Positions 9,911 through 22,699 of a DNA stretch of 64,000 nt are shown here, one piece after another. The notes below the pieces were generated by a model. The model was not told the origin of the DNA, did no database searches, and saw only the letters and a list, made by a program, of their open reading frames with translations. Made by a program: the position numbers and the translations under genes. Source of the stretch: Podarcis erhardii (lineage: Eukaryota); the NCBI GenBank assembly GCA_964252035.1, contig OZ176216.1; one strand, written 5' to 3'. Every line of letters starts with the position of its first letter. Position 1 is the first letter of the stretch.

Positions 9911-12900
9911 GGCTGCTCCTCGCCAGAGTCACGGGCCTTGCTTCTCAAAGCAGGGCTGCAAAGGATGTTGCCGCTACTCTCTGCTGCCTCTCTCCTCCCG
10001 GCAGCATCGCCCTGGGCCCTCCAGAAGGCCTTCCCTCATTGCCAGCAGCAGGAGCCGACGCCGCAGGAGCCCCCCTCCTGGCTCCACGGTGAGCAATGGG
10101 CAGCAGAGGCAGGCGGGCAGGCGAGTGGGCACACCCTAAATCACAAGCTGCAGCAAAAGCCTCTGCCGGCTGCCTTGGATGAATAGTTCCCTCTCAGCAG
10201 GCAAGAGGGAGAGAAAAAGAATCCAAGTGGCTGGGAAAGTTGGGCCCGAGCCCAGCACTCCTCATAAAAAGCCACAAGGAGGGGGGAGGGAGGGAGGGAG
10301 GATGGCGGGCCAGCTTGGCTCCCAGAGGAGGACGGCAATGGGGAGATGCCCAGCCCAGGTAGCCCAGGAGGGAGGAGCAGGCGGCCACTGGGCCACAGCC
10401 ATGGGGCAGCGTGAGAAACGCAAATATATAAGCTAGGGGCTAATGGCACCTTGTATTCTGGGCACCCAGAAATCTCCACATAGTCGCAAACTGACCCACA
10501 GCAGGAGCAAAAGGTGCCTGGCGCATTTCAAAGACTTCTGTGAGGCAACTCACCGAAAGGCAACAATTGAGCCTTTGCCGCCTTCTTTCCCCAAAGTCCA
10601 CAATGTCCTGCACACACTTTCCTACATCTTGGCCCTCTGGGCAACAATACCCTGTGAGCATCACACACTCACAAAGTACAAGAGGCTGGGGGAGATCTGG
10701 GGCCCACCCTGCCAACAGGAATTTGCATGGGGGCTTCCAGATGGGGGGCTGTGCTGGCTCTTCTGCCGCACCGTCACACAGCCCAACCTCCTCTGGATCT
10801 CCACGTGGCCAAGCCTCTGGGAAACAGGGGGGGGGGGCAAGGGTGGCAAAGGCAACTGAGGGGGTCTTCTTCAGCAGTCTCTTCTTTTCTTTGCCCGGGG
10901 GGGGGGGAGGACGGGGGAGGACAGCTGCATGGCTCCCCTTGGCAGTGGTTGGATCCCGGCCTTCCTGGCCAGACTTGCTCCACTCACAGTTGATAAGCAC
11001 CTGTTTCCCAGCAGGCCTGGAAGGGGCCAGGTGGAATCTCTCCCTGGGCTGGGCGAGGCTCTGCCAGCTGCGCCACCAGCCAAGCATCTCTTTTTGCAGG
11101 CCACAAAGGGCAGGATTCAGAAGGGGCAGAAGGGCCTTGGGATCCTCGTCTGTCTGTCTGTCTGTCTGTCCCGACGCAGGACTGCCACGCTCACACCTGA
11201 GAGATCAATCGGTCAACTGGTTGCCCGTCCCCCCACTGCTTTGCCAGGATAAGCCCTTTGTATCCTAACCCCACAGCTGCCTGAGAAATGGAGGCCACAA
11301 GGGAAGGGAGTGGGGCACCCTTAGGTGGGGCGGGACAGCCTCCCATGTGGCCAAAGGCAGCCAGGCAGCCCCCAGGAGGGTGAGCAGGAGCCCCTCAGTC
11401 ACCCTGGGTCTCCCTCCCAGGCACAGGCAGTGAGTGGAGGCAGAGTGTCTCTCCGCAGGGAGCTTTGGAAGGAGAAGCGCCCCAAACAGGCCAGTCAAAG
11501 GGGTTTGCTGGCTCTCAGCTGCCCAGTTCCCTGAGGCCTGTGGGTAGGCATACACCACATCCGGATCACAGTCAGCCCTGCTTCCATATACAACAGAGGA
11601 GCACAGCATCTGGTGCCAAAAGGCCCTCAAGGTGAGGAAGACCGGGGACAGGCGGGTGGTGGGGTCCAGAGCCAACGCAGAACAAAATGTCACACTGGTG
11701 CCCCCTGCACCAGGCCCTGCTTTGTTGTTTGTTGTTGTGCCTTGATCCCCCTCGCCACCCCCAGCAGCCAGGCAGACCCCTGGCTCAGCCCAGTCGCCTG
11801 CGGAGCTTCTCCCTCTCCTGCCAGATGTGGCACTGAGGAGAAAGAGCTGGATTCTGCTCAGCCAAAGCCTCTCCTCCTCCCAGCAGCCAGACCGTCATCT
11901 TCCTTTTAAGGAGAAAATATGTTTTCACGGGGAAAGTTCAGTGTCCCGAGCCTGCGGTTGCTGGAATCCTCCCCTGCTGGAAATGCCTCCTCCCTCAAGA
12001 GGCTCAGGAGAGCGGAAAGACTCTGGGGTCCCCTCCTGCGCCCCCCCTGCCCCACTTGATGCGTTGGGCTGATCCAGGCCCTGGTCCTGAGCCGCAGCAG
12101 TGGGGCAAGAAGGCCCTGCAGACGGGGCCTCCCCAAGCTTGAGAAGGCTCTGCTCCTCTGCCCAAAGTCAAAAAGCAAGTCTGCTACCTGGCTGCTCTGT
12201 GGAGGCTGCTGCAAAGGACGTAAGGTGGGGAGGACAGGCAGGGCCTGCCCCCTCCATCCAGGGTCCCCTCGGGGACACCAGATAGGAAGTGAGAAAAGTG
12301 TCGCTTGCAGCCCTCCATTTTTCAACGGAGGAAACAGGATTTCCTCTGGATGACTCCCCCAGCACAATCCCAGGGAAAAGCTTCTAAGAATAGGAAATGA
12401 CTGTATAAGGGCAGATTTGCACTGGGTGCCTGGCAGTTTGGGAGGGGAACTGAGGAGAGCAGCACAGCAGCTTTGCTGCTGCAACACAAACACACACGCA
12501 GAGAGAGAGGCAGGATCTGTCCAGGAGGGAGGAACTGGCCACTTTTCAGCAGCCTCTTCGCTTTGCACAGATTCAAGGGCACTGAGGCGGCTGCAGCTCT
12601 CTTTTCCTCCCGCTCAGCAATGCTTTTGTCTAGGGCTGAGCACCTTGCTCTGACCCCCTGCAAAGCCAGGATGCTTCCTGACATCTTTCCCTTGGGACTC
12701 TTCCACACCTGCTCCACATGCCAAAGGTCCCCAATGGCAGAGCCAGCCCTCCCTCTCCACCACACCCCCCCCCACTCCCAGCAAAAGTTGAAAGAGGATG
12801 CCTCTCCCACAGAGCACTGGGGCCAGGGGAGTCCTCCTGGGGGCCCAGGAGACTGTCAGGGCAGAGGAGGAGGACCAGTTGCCCCCCAACAACAGGTCAC

Positions 12901-13834
12901 CCTTTTCCCTGACAGGGACTCAGTACCTGCAACCCTGTACAAAAGAGCAGCCCCAGCTGCTGCTGCTGCTCAGAGCCAGTCTGCGAGAACTAATTAATTG
13001 GAAGGGAAAAAGCCCTCGCCCAAACCCGTCCTGGGGGGGCCCTGACAATGAACAGAGAGCGCTGATCAGGCGTCCCTCGTGGCTCCTGGCAGGTTGGCAC
13101 AACGTCCCAGCTCTGAGCCCAGGCGCTGAGCACGCCGCCTGCCCTGTTGATGCCTGACGCCCAGCCCCAGGAGGCGCTTAATGGCTTGTTTGTTCAGCTC
13201 CAGACACAGGCTTCTCCCCACACAGAGGGGGGCGGCATGGTCGTGCCACCCCCAGCCTCATGCCCAGGGAGGGGCGCCCCAGGAAAGCTCGTGCTTCTCT
13301 GCTTCTCTGGCTACTTGCTGCAAGGAACGACAACGAGGTCCAGATCCTGCTGCTCCAAGGGGCTCCCCGGAGCAGAAGCAGGCAGGCAGGCAGCTGGGAG
13401 GCAGCTGGGGGATGCCACCGACAGACCAGGGCCAATTATTGATTTGCTGCCGATTCCCACACAAGGCCCCTGGGAATTAAGGGAACGGGAAAGCCTGTGG
13501 AGGAGGCAGGGAGGTGGCAAAACGCAGCAGCTGCTCCTACTCCCCTTCCTGTGGCCCCCGAGGACCTCCTTCCCCAAGAGCAGCCATGGGGAGAAGGGGC
13601 TCTACTGGGGGCTGGGTGGGACCAGGGGGGCCAAAATAAGCCACCCTTCAAATTGCCTGATCGCCAGGTCATTTCCAGGCCCCACTCAAGGGGTTTGCAT
13701 GGCGTTTGAAGCGGTGAAAGCCTTAAATATCTGAGAGGCCATCTCCAGCCCTCCTGACCCTCTTGGGGAGGAGTAAGATCAGGGGAGGGGGGGCCTTCTT
13801 GGTAACTCCACTGCCCTTGGATGTTGGGGGGGGG

Positions 13835-13990
13835 GCTGGAAAAAGGCACCTGTCCTGCATGCAGAAGGCACCAGGTTCTGCCCCCAGAGGCATCTCCAGG
13901 GAGGGCTGGGAGAGGGAGTCCTGCCTGAAGCACTAGTGACAGCGTCACGGCTACCAGTCAGTGCAGGTAATACTGAGCTGGGTGGCCCGC
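13835..13990 (+). mobile_element. tRNA-derived SINE (Squam2/Anolis-SINE2-like), degenerate
   Basis: gcatgcagaagg...ccaggttc...gcatctccagggagggctggg...ccagtcagtgcaggtaatactgagct; same family as 34.8 and 39.1-39.4 kb. Confidence 0.55.
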
Positions 13991-13999
13991 TTCCCTTGC

Positions 14000-14185
14000 T
14001 CCCTCCCCGCAGAGGTGCAGATATCTGGCGCCTTCGTTGCACAGTGTGCTGAAGATGCACCTCTTCACCCAGGCCTTGAACACTCGAGATGCGTATTTTT
14101 AGAACCCGGCCTATTCTTGCGATTGTAATTTGTTTTAATCTGTTTTTAATCTTGTGTTTTAAATTCTTGTAGCCCACCCTGGGAC
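14000..14185 (+). mobile_element. L2-like LINE 3' fragment
   Basis: gaagatgcacctcttcacccaggcctt (stop region), then T-rich UTR and tgtagcccaccctggg. Confidence 0.5.
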
Positions 14186-15397
14186 CTCAGAAGAACACAA
14201 GAGCCTTCTGGACCAGGGCGGCGGCCCATCCAGCTGGATGCCCCCATGGGAAGCCCACAAAGAGGCCCTGAGAGCAAGAGCCCTCCCCTGCCAAGGCTTC
14301 TAGCCCACAGGACTCAGGCAAAGCACTGCTGCCTCCCTCTGTGGAGGAAGAGGACAGCCACCAATAGCCTTTACCCCCTTGTATTCCTCTAATCCTCCTT
14401 TAAGGCTGTTTGTCTAATCCTCTTTTAAAGAGCAGGTAATAAAGTGAATAAACAATAAGCTACAGAAATGTTCATCCCATAGGGAACAGTCAGGGGAGCC
14501 AAGGATAACGCCCCCAACCTCTCCCAGCAGATGGGTGTGGAAAACGGCACCTTGAAACAGCCCAGATCCTCCCCTCCTCCCCTTTGCCTTTTCTGGTAAG
14601 CAAACATGGGTGGCTCACCCAGGCCCCCCTGGCTCTTGCTGCTGCTTCTCTGAGGAGACGGCACCTTTGCACGCCCTCTGTCTCTCCACAACCTGTGACT
14701 GCTCAGCACCTGCCCGTGAAGCGAGGCCTGCCGCCAGAGCTCTCCAAATTCCTCTTCCTAGGAAGGCTCCACTTAGTGGTGCTGCTGGCCAAACACTCGT
14801 GACTCATTCTTTATTGCAGGATCCCAGCCAAGGCACACGGAGCAGAACAAACACGTCTCTGGGGACCAGAGTGCCAAGGCAGTGCCCCACCCAGACAAGG
14901 GCAGGCGAGGTTCGCCCTGCCGTCTTGTGAACTCTGAAATGCTGAAAGGTCCTCAGAACAAGCACCACCAAGTCCTGCAGGGGCTTACTCAACGTGGCTC
15001 GGCGGGAAGCATCTGCTTGCCGTGCAAAAGGTCCAGGCCCAGTGGCGTCCCAGGCAGGGCGGCTAGCAGCCTGGAGAGCCACCAGGCGGCCAGCCAGAGG
15101 GACCAAAGGTCTGACCAAGGCAGCTTCCTGCCCTCAGCAGCTGGGTGTGGCTGCAGTTCTGCTCCACCATGCCAGCCTCTTTCCATCATCATTCCTTTCA
15201 GATTGTGAGTTTGCTTGACTTTAAGTCCCAGATGAAGAACCAAGCTGAGCTGTTCGGCTGCCTTGCTGCCAGCCCTGTCTGGCCAAATAAAACCAGGTCC
15301 CCTTCTGATTCTGCTTGTGTGTCCCCCCATCTCCCATTACACAAAATGCAGAAACCAAAATTATCTCAGTCAACCATCACACGTCCCCTGCTAAATC

Positions 15398-16570
15398 AGG
15401 GGTGGGAAATCGGCAGACTGTCAGATGTTGCTGGACTCCAACTCACATCACGGCCAAAGATGATGGGAACTGTAATCCAACCAGCATTCAAAACTTGCCA
15501 GGCGCTGGGCGCATTTTGCCCCTGGCTATTGGCCACTTGCAATGAAATGAAGATGCCTGGGTGCCAGGATGACACCTGACGTCTTCTCCATCTGGAGGTG
15601 CCTGCCTAGGGATCCTTGGGTCTGGACTGTTTTCACACACTAGCAACGCAACCTGTTAAGATTCTATCTGTGATATTTTACCTGCACAATCAGAATGAAT
15701 TTCAGGAACCAAAAAGTAATATTGAAAAATATGACTTTCAAGGCATCTGGTGCCCAAATGGCAACTAGGCATTTAGTTTTGGTGACTTTAACCCTGGTTT
15801 AAAGAGCCATTTGAAGCCTAGCGTATATATCTGAGTTTCTAACAGAGTCCAGCATTATCTGGAGGACCACTCAGGCAGTGTTCAAAATTCCCCAGGTGCA
15901 AGGCGCATTTCGTGCCTGGCGCAGGTCCAATTGCAAACAAGTGAAGATGCCTTGTTGCCAGGTTTCATGGCTGACATTGCCACCATCTGGCTGGCGTGCA
16001 GCAGTTTTCTGTTCGCGCATCAAAAGACGTTGCTGCATGCCAGCCAGCCTGCCAATCTGTGGCGATGTCTTGTTGCTATAATAAACTTCATTGGGGGAAA
16101 AGGCAACTGGACAGTGCATTGTGGTGACTGTAACCAGGGTTTGAAATTAGCAGAGTGCCAGGCGCATTTTGCAACTAAAGATTCTCCATTTGAGAGCACC
16201 TCAAAAAGTCTGGGTGCCATTTTTGCACCTGGATGACACTCCAGGATTCCTGAAATGTAGGTGCTTTGAAGCCTTGAAGCAGGTGTTAAGAATAGACAAT
16301 ACGTTAAGGAGTTTAACAAAAGAGTAGAGTGTTTTGAAAACTCAAGTATGGTACCAATATTTATATCATCAGCACCAAATTAAACATGCATTAACAGTGT
16401 TGCTGACTCCCCCAGTGGTGACTAGACATTCTGTTTTAACACCCACAACCCAGGTCTCAGAAACCACTTGGCTCCTAGCTTACGTATCCCAGTTTCTCAC
16501 ACTGACTGTAACCTAGATTCAAGGTGCCATTTGGCGATAAGCTTATCTACCTGAGTTTCTAATACTGCAC
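15398..16570. repeat. Cluster of nested degenerate hAT-like MITE pieces and a recurring GGTGCC-N-GGCACC motif
   Basis: A URR1-like MITE appears split (15398-15484 and 15845-15870). Related motifs at about 15482, 15783, 15876, 16135 and 16503. Confidence 0.45.
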
Positions 16571-17929
16571 CCCAACACTACAGATCTGCTTTACACCCAC
16601 AACATATACACACACATGAAAGGCTCAGGGAGCTATGGACACTTCTGATCCCAGAGGCTGGACCCACAATTGCGACAGCCACCTGCACCTTTGCCGCTGT
16701 CCTTACAGAGGCGCTGGGGAGTGGGGCAATCCTGCAGCGCCTTCTCCAGGAAGCGTTATGGGGCAAGGCAGGGGGAGCCCTGCCTGGGCTGCAGACTGAG
16801 ATGGCAGCTCTGCTTCCAGCCTGTCATGGCAAGCCCCCCCTCCACACAAGTCAGGCCCATGGAATGAATGGAATGCAGTTTGTGTCAAGATCTGGCCGAG
16901 GGTGGGAAAGAGGGAGAGAGCTGACTTCAGTCCTACTTTCCACAGTGGGGAGGAGTGGCAATGCCAGCGTGTGGAGAATCTTGCTGAAATTCCTCTCTTG
17001 CACGGGACCCAAGTGGGGGAGAGGGAAGCAGAGGAGAGGAGCAAGGGAGGGAAGGAAGAAAGAGCGCAGGGCCCTCCGCAACAATGCTGGCAATGAGAGG
17101 AAGCAGCACCCAGGGACAAAATGTCAGGAGGGAGGCTTTCGTGCTCCCAGAGCCCCGAGTGCCTGGAACAAGACGCAGCTGCTGGTTCTTCCTGCCATCC
17201 CCACATGCAGGGAGAAGGGCCTGGGTGGGGAAAGCTGGAAACCTCCTTTGTCCAAGGAAGAGCACAGGAACCCACCAGCCTCACAAGTCCCAAGCCCTGA
17301 ATCCCTACAATTCAAACTCCAAGGCAGTAAGTGGGACCCAATTCCCAGGGCTGCGCTGAGTTGCAGGCCTGGAAAAGGCTGGGATTTGGAATGTTTTATG
17401 TCCTGTATGTAAATGATTTCTATTCTTAGCAGCCTTTCCCCTCAAGAACCTTCTTTCTCTCTCAGCAGAAGAATCTCCCTTGCCAAATATAAAAGTGTCT
17501 CAAGTGCTCTTGTTCCAGAGGACTTCAGCCCCCCACCCAGGAATTTCCCATGCCCCCTTCAGCTGCCACTCCCAGCAAACAACCCACAGATGTGGGTCCA
17601 AGCCCCACCCCAGAGGGCAGATGGTCCTTCTCTCTCTGACATGCCGCATTCTCATCCCACAAGCGGGGGGAGAGGGGGGCAAGGCCAGCCAGGGACAGGC
17701 GACTTCCTAAGGAGCCACTCAAGCCAGCTGGAGGGTTTGCTCTTGACAGAGCACACACAGGGATCCCAGCAACCTTCCTGAGCATAATGATGGCGAGGGT
17801 GAGGGAAAAGGCACATTCAGGCACCTTCAGTTTGCAGCATATTCATGATTATCGCCTGGAGTAAACAATGTCTTGTTTTGCTTCTCAAAGGCACCAGAGG
17901 ATAAGAACAGAAGGAGAGTCTGCTGGGCC

Positions 17930-19090
17930 AGGGCCAACAAACTGCTCTCATAGGGGGCCAATGCCCATTGTGGGAAGCCTGCAAGCAGGATCCAAGCACA
18001 AAACCCTCTCCCCTCCCGCAATTTCTAGCAACTGGTATTCAGAAGCATCACTGCCTCTGACCGTGGAGGAAGAACACAGCCCTCCTGGCTAGTGGACATT
18101 GATAGCCTCCTCCTCCTCCATGCATCTGTCCAAGCCTCTTTTGAAGCCGCCCACACTGGTGGCTACCCCTGCCTCCTGTAGGAGTGAGTTCCACAGGTTA
18201 AACATGCGGCTTGTGAAGGACTTTCTTTTGTCTTCCCAATTCACTGGATGTCCACAAGTCCTTGTACCACGGGGGAGAAAAACCTCTTTTGCCAGTATGC
18301 AAAACTCCCCATCATGTCCTGCCTCACTCACTTACCTAAACCAAAAAGCCCCCCCCCCCCAAGTTGTAACCTGCCCTGATAGAGGAGTCTCTCCACACAC
18401 ACCCTGTTCACTTTGGTGCCCCCTCTCCTTTTAAAATCACTATTCATTGTTATTACCTGCAGTCCTGCACAGCAGTTTGAGCCCACAGCATTTCACAACA
18501 AAACATCCCCCTGGCCTTCAGTTTTGGAGACCCCAGTGAGAGGCTAGCACTTCCCTGACCGCAGGAGCAGATTGCTTTGTGACAGAAGGTAAAAAACAAA
18601 ACACAGGTGACCATTTGTTGCACTATCCACAAGTTGGCAGATCCCTTTGGGAGGGGGTCCCTCATTTCCAGGACTGTGTGCATAATGAAAGTTCTCCATA
18701 ATAAACACCATTCTCCACCAAATGTGTTTGGCTGCCTTCTTCTGAACCCTTTCCAGCTTGAAAAGACCCTTTTTAAGGCAGGGCAACCAGAACTGTACAC
18801 CATATTCCAAATGTTTTGTATAATGGTACTGGGAAAGCGGGAGTTTCATTTTCAATCTCTTTCCTAATGGCCCAGGCATGGCATTTGCCTTGTTCACGGC
18901 TGATGCAGCACACTGAGTCAACATCTTCATAGAGCTATTTGCTATGTCCCAAGGTTTCATTGCTGGTCAGTCGTTGCCAGTTCAGACGCCGTAAGAGTAG
19001 ATGTGAAATTTAGATTATTATTTTTTTGCCCCAACATGCATCACCTTCCATTTGCTTACAAGGAATTGCATTTCCCATTTTACTTCCCAC
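17930..19090 (-). mobile_element. Old CR1 LINE 3' portion (disrupted ORF2 plus 3' UTR)
   Basis: Minus-strand peptides KWKVMHVG, AVNKANAM, LEYGVQFW, LERVQKKAAK, MFNLWNSL, FKRGLDRCM are typical of the CR1 RT C-terminus. Confidence 0.8.
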
Positions 19091-19204
19091 TTGCTCAGTT
19101 GCGGGGAGGGGGGCGGAATTAGTGGGAAAGAAAAGTAGGAGAGAGGACTCTGCCTTGCACATCCTGCACAGAGAGAGAGATGGACCTGAAGGCTGAAGCA
19201 CTCT

Positions 19205-19300
19205 GCATTTGAATCCCCGCGCAGCCAGGTGAACATGAACCAGGCGCCTCCTCTCAGTCTAATCTACTCCACAGGATTGTTGTGAGAATAGGATAAGCCT
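19205..19300 (+). mobile_element. MIR/CORE-like SINE fragment
   Basis: ctcagtctaatctactccacaggattgttgtgagaata resembles the MIR core. Confidence 0.45.
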
Positions 19301-21777
19301 CTGCCTGCTCACACACACACTTATTGAAGGAAGAGCAGGATGAATGAAAAAGCACCTGAGTTCAAGGAAGGGAGTGTTCACCAGGCTTTATGTACAACCA
19401 GCCAGCGGGCTGCCCCTCCTTGTGGGAGATTTTGGCTCTGTTGTGACAAGCACTAGACAAGGATGCAAATAAATGTTGGGCTCCATCTGTTTAACCTGGG
19501 GAGGAAGGGAGGCTGGGAGGGCAGAGAGACCTGCAGAACTGCATCTGAATACGCACCAGCCTCTTTCCAGGATTAGAACGGCACCCTCCCTCTTGCATGA
19601 AGTGCTAACACTTCACTCTGCATTGTCTCAGGGATCTCTCAGTGGTTCTTCATTGGGTGAGACTCAGGCGAGTGAAGAGAGGAAAGAGAATTGACTCAAA
19701 GGGCTCCAAAAGTGGTCAAACCCCCCCACCACCTTCAAAATGGCGGGGGGGGGGGGGCAGGAGGCTCTGGGCGGGGAAAGGGGGCAGGAGGGAGGAGAAA
19801 GGATGCCCTGTGCTTTTCAGGAGTGAAAGCTCTGCCCAGGCCCAGCCAAATGCCACCAAGAAGCCGAGAAGGACCGGAGATGCAGCAGGTGGTGTGGGAG
19901 CAAAGCACACAGCCCAGGATATAAAAGGCAGTTCAATCTAAAACCAATAATCCACTCCCTTGGAAAAGCCACCAGGCAGGACTCCTGCCAGGCCCTCTAG
20001 GGAGGCAAGGGGAGGGGCTGGCTCCAGGATGCGGGGAGGCCCCATGGAAGTCCTTTACCTGTCAACAGGATAAGGGCTTCCACCCAGAAGCTGCTCAACT
20101 GGCCCCATCGGCAGCCAGCGCTGCCTGTTTAAACGACAGAAGCCAGGAAATTAGCCAGGCTGCAGCTAAGCGAGTTAGAGGCATTGTAAGCTTGCTCTTA
20201 TGTTATTAAACCAAGCTGGCCAGGGAAACAAAGGCTCAGAATGTGCAGGGCAGGCATGATTTCGGGGACACCAAGTCTGGCCAACAAAATGCATTTTTCC
20301 TGCACAAAGAACGGCTCAGAACTGACTGCACCGCACCAGCAGCATCAGCCACTGGTGGCGAAGGAAGCCCACCCAGAACATCCAGCCAGGACTCCCCTCT
20401 CCTGGAGCAGCAAAGGCTTCCTGCTGGAACCACAGAAGAAGAGGCTGCCGCTGAGAGAGGCCCTCCCGCTGTGTCTCACTAGCAAAGAGTCACAGCTCCA
20501 AAGTCCTCCTGGGATCTTCCATGAGCACCACGGAAGTGGACAGGGCCTTCCTCTCACACCCAGGTGCCCCTCCCTCAGAGGCACCACAGAAAGCAGAATC
20601 CACTTCTCCCAGCACTTCCGGACAGGCCTGAGAAAAGAGTTCCATTGCTCTGCTCCCCTCCATCACATCCCCAGAACCCAGCCATGGTAGTTTAGGTACC
20701 AGCTCTGCATCAGGCTGGCAGAGACTTCAGACCTGCAAGCTGGCACCAGCATCCAATCTGCAAATGTTCTGGCAACCTGACATATGGGGTTTTTCCCCAG
20801 CCCAACTCACAAATGTAAGATAAGGGGTTTTTTTAAGTGCAGTGAATTCAAAAGCTGCAATCGGGAACCAATACTGCTCTCCTCCATGGCACCCAATTTC
20901 TGGGGGGGACGGGGACTCTGCAGATCTCATCCACTTATCCAAGGCACAAATGGGCACGGGGGGGGGGAGGTGGAGAGAACCCATGTCTAAGAGCTTCTCA
21001 GTCAGACACAGACTGCCATGCCCTTATCACACCTCCTTGGCTGAGATCCCCCAACCCTCCGTTCCACTGCGCTGCAACTGGGAGCCAGGAGACCTTCAAG
21101 CAGCCTCTGCAGAGGTCACCTGCTATGCTTCCTTTCCTCTTTGCATCAAGCCACTCTTGGCAATGCTGGTTGTGACTAAGAGCTTCCATAACACTCATAA
21201 GCAACAGGAAATAAGAGCCCAGCAGCTCAGCCCAGAAAGATTAGGTAGCCCACCCTGAGAACAAAAAAATCCCCTTTGGGGCAGTTCTTGACTTTCCGCT
21301 CAGAGTCCAGCTTCCCTGACCCAGCAGCCACTTCTGTAAGCCAGGTCAAAACCCTGGGGAAGGGGGGAGAGTGTGTCGGTGTGACTCCTCCTAAGGCCAC
21401 GGGGTTTCCCTGCAATCACCAAGCACTGGAATGCAAAACGGAATATGAAAATGTACACGCCTAAACCCTGAGCAGAGCAAGAATACCTTCCCCTCTCCCA
21501 GGACGGCCACTAAGTAAGCATCCCGCCTGCCCTTGCAGCTGTGGATTTGCTGACCTCAGGTCACTTTTAATTAATGCCAAATTCACTCCAAGGGCTCGGC
21601 CTGCTGACAACCTTGACAGAGACACAAGTTGCAAGGTACCCATACAAAGGTGGCAGAGTCCAACTCCTTTTCCTTCCCAAGGTCACCGGAGGTTTCATCT
21701 CTTCTGGCAGACCCTCACCCTCACTCCCACTGCACTGAACAGCGACCCCAACTCTCTCTCACCAGGCACTTGGAAAG

Positions 21778-21778
<1 letters not shown>

Positions 21779-21812
<34 letters not shown>
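21779..21812. repeat. (CA)n microsatellite
   Basis: About 17 uninterrupted CA units. Confidence 0.95.
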
Positions 21813-21816
<4 letters not shown>

Positions 21817-22289
21817 CAGATGAATCTCCACTCCCTCAACAACACAACTGCAAGCCTGGTCAGCAGGATATACCTGCCCATTATGGGACCTCGCCTGGAG
21901 TTGAGTCCCAAGATAATCAAAGAAACACAAAAACGTAACACAGTATAGGAATCCTCCTGGCCTGCATCTGGGATGTGATGTTCCCATACACTGTTATATA
22001 CCGCTTATACATATTTATACTATATATGAGTGGTTCCCAGTTGGTGGTTCGTGGACCCCAGCGGATCCATGTAACCCACCCAGAGGGTCCTCGGCTCCAT
22101 TCACATAACAAAAACTACCATAGAGATATCAAAGTTTTCAAAAGTAGGAGGTCCATGGCTTGGCTTTTGAAAAGCGTGTTACTTTGGAATCACTTATAAT
22201 GAGGCTTTTTTTTTAAAAAAAAAAAGAGAAATATTATTAAAGTGACTTGCCCAGTGGAAAGTTAAACATGGGAGTATAATAAGATATGT

Positions 22290-22390
22290 ATGGGAGCAGA
22301 GTGCCGCTTGCCTCTTTCCCACAGGCATCTGGTTGGGAGAAGGTGCTGGACCGGATGGGCCATGGGCCTGATCCAGAAGGCAGCCTGAGT
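22290..22390 (+). mobile_element. CR1 3' UTR fragment
   Basis: ggcatctggttgg...gctggaccggatgggccatgggcctgatccag. Confidence 0.55.
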
Positions 22391-22699
22391 GGCTACCCAG
22401 GAGAAAGTCCAGTTGAGGCTGAATCTGCCAGGTTGCCTTGCCTTGTCTTTTAACACAGCCAGAGGCCCCTGCTGCCCCCAGGAGGGAGGTGGGCTTCACA
22501 CCTGAGCTCTGAGTGGGGCGTATTCACGTGTAGCTGCTGCCTGGCATACAGGACCGGGGGTGGGGGGCGGAACGGGTGGCAGCAAGTGGGTATGCCGTGC
22601 CATGGCCTGCTTCTCCCGAGCCACCATCCCCCTGTGCCTCAGTTTCCCCGCCTTCCCTCCGGAGAGCAGCCTCTGCTGCCTCGTCTTCTCCCCAGGGGA

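Noticed and set aside
11540-11590. MEAGLTVIRMWCMPTHRPQ, a superficial match to isoform A (IIR...PHRP)
   Set aside because: No donor follows. The exon at 27351-27425 fits length, phase and position far better.
89-13950. Many long ORFs in the track (e.g. 89..1282, 3284..4429, 8323..9525)
   Set aside because: They are intron-exon read-throughs or GC-rich chance frames. Only the spliced segments match MYO1C.
16716-16766. Donor TCT|GTAAGG with an open frame (PHNASWRRRCRIAPLPSAS)
   Set aside because: No in-frame ATG before an upstream TGA
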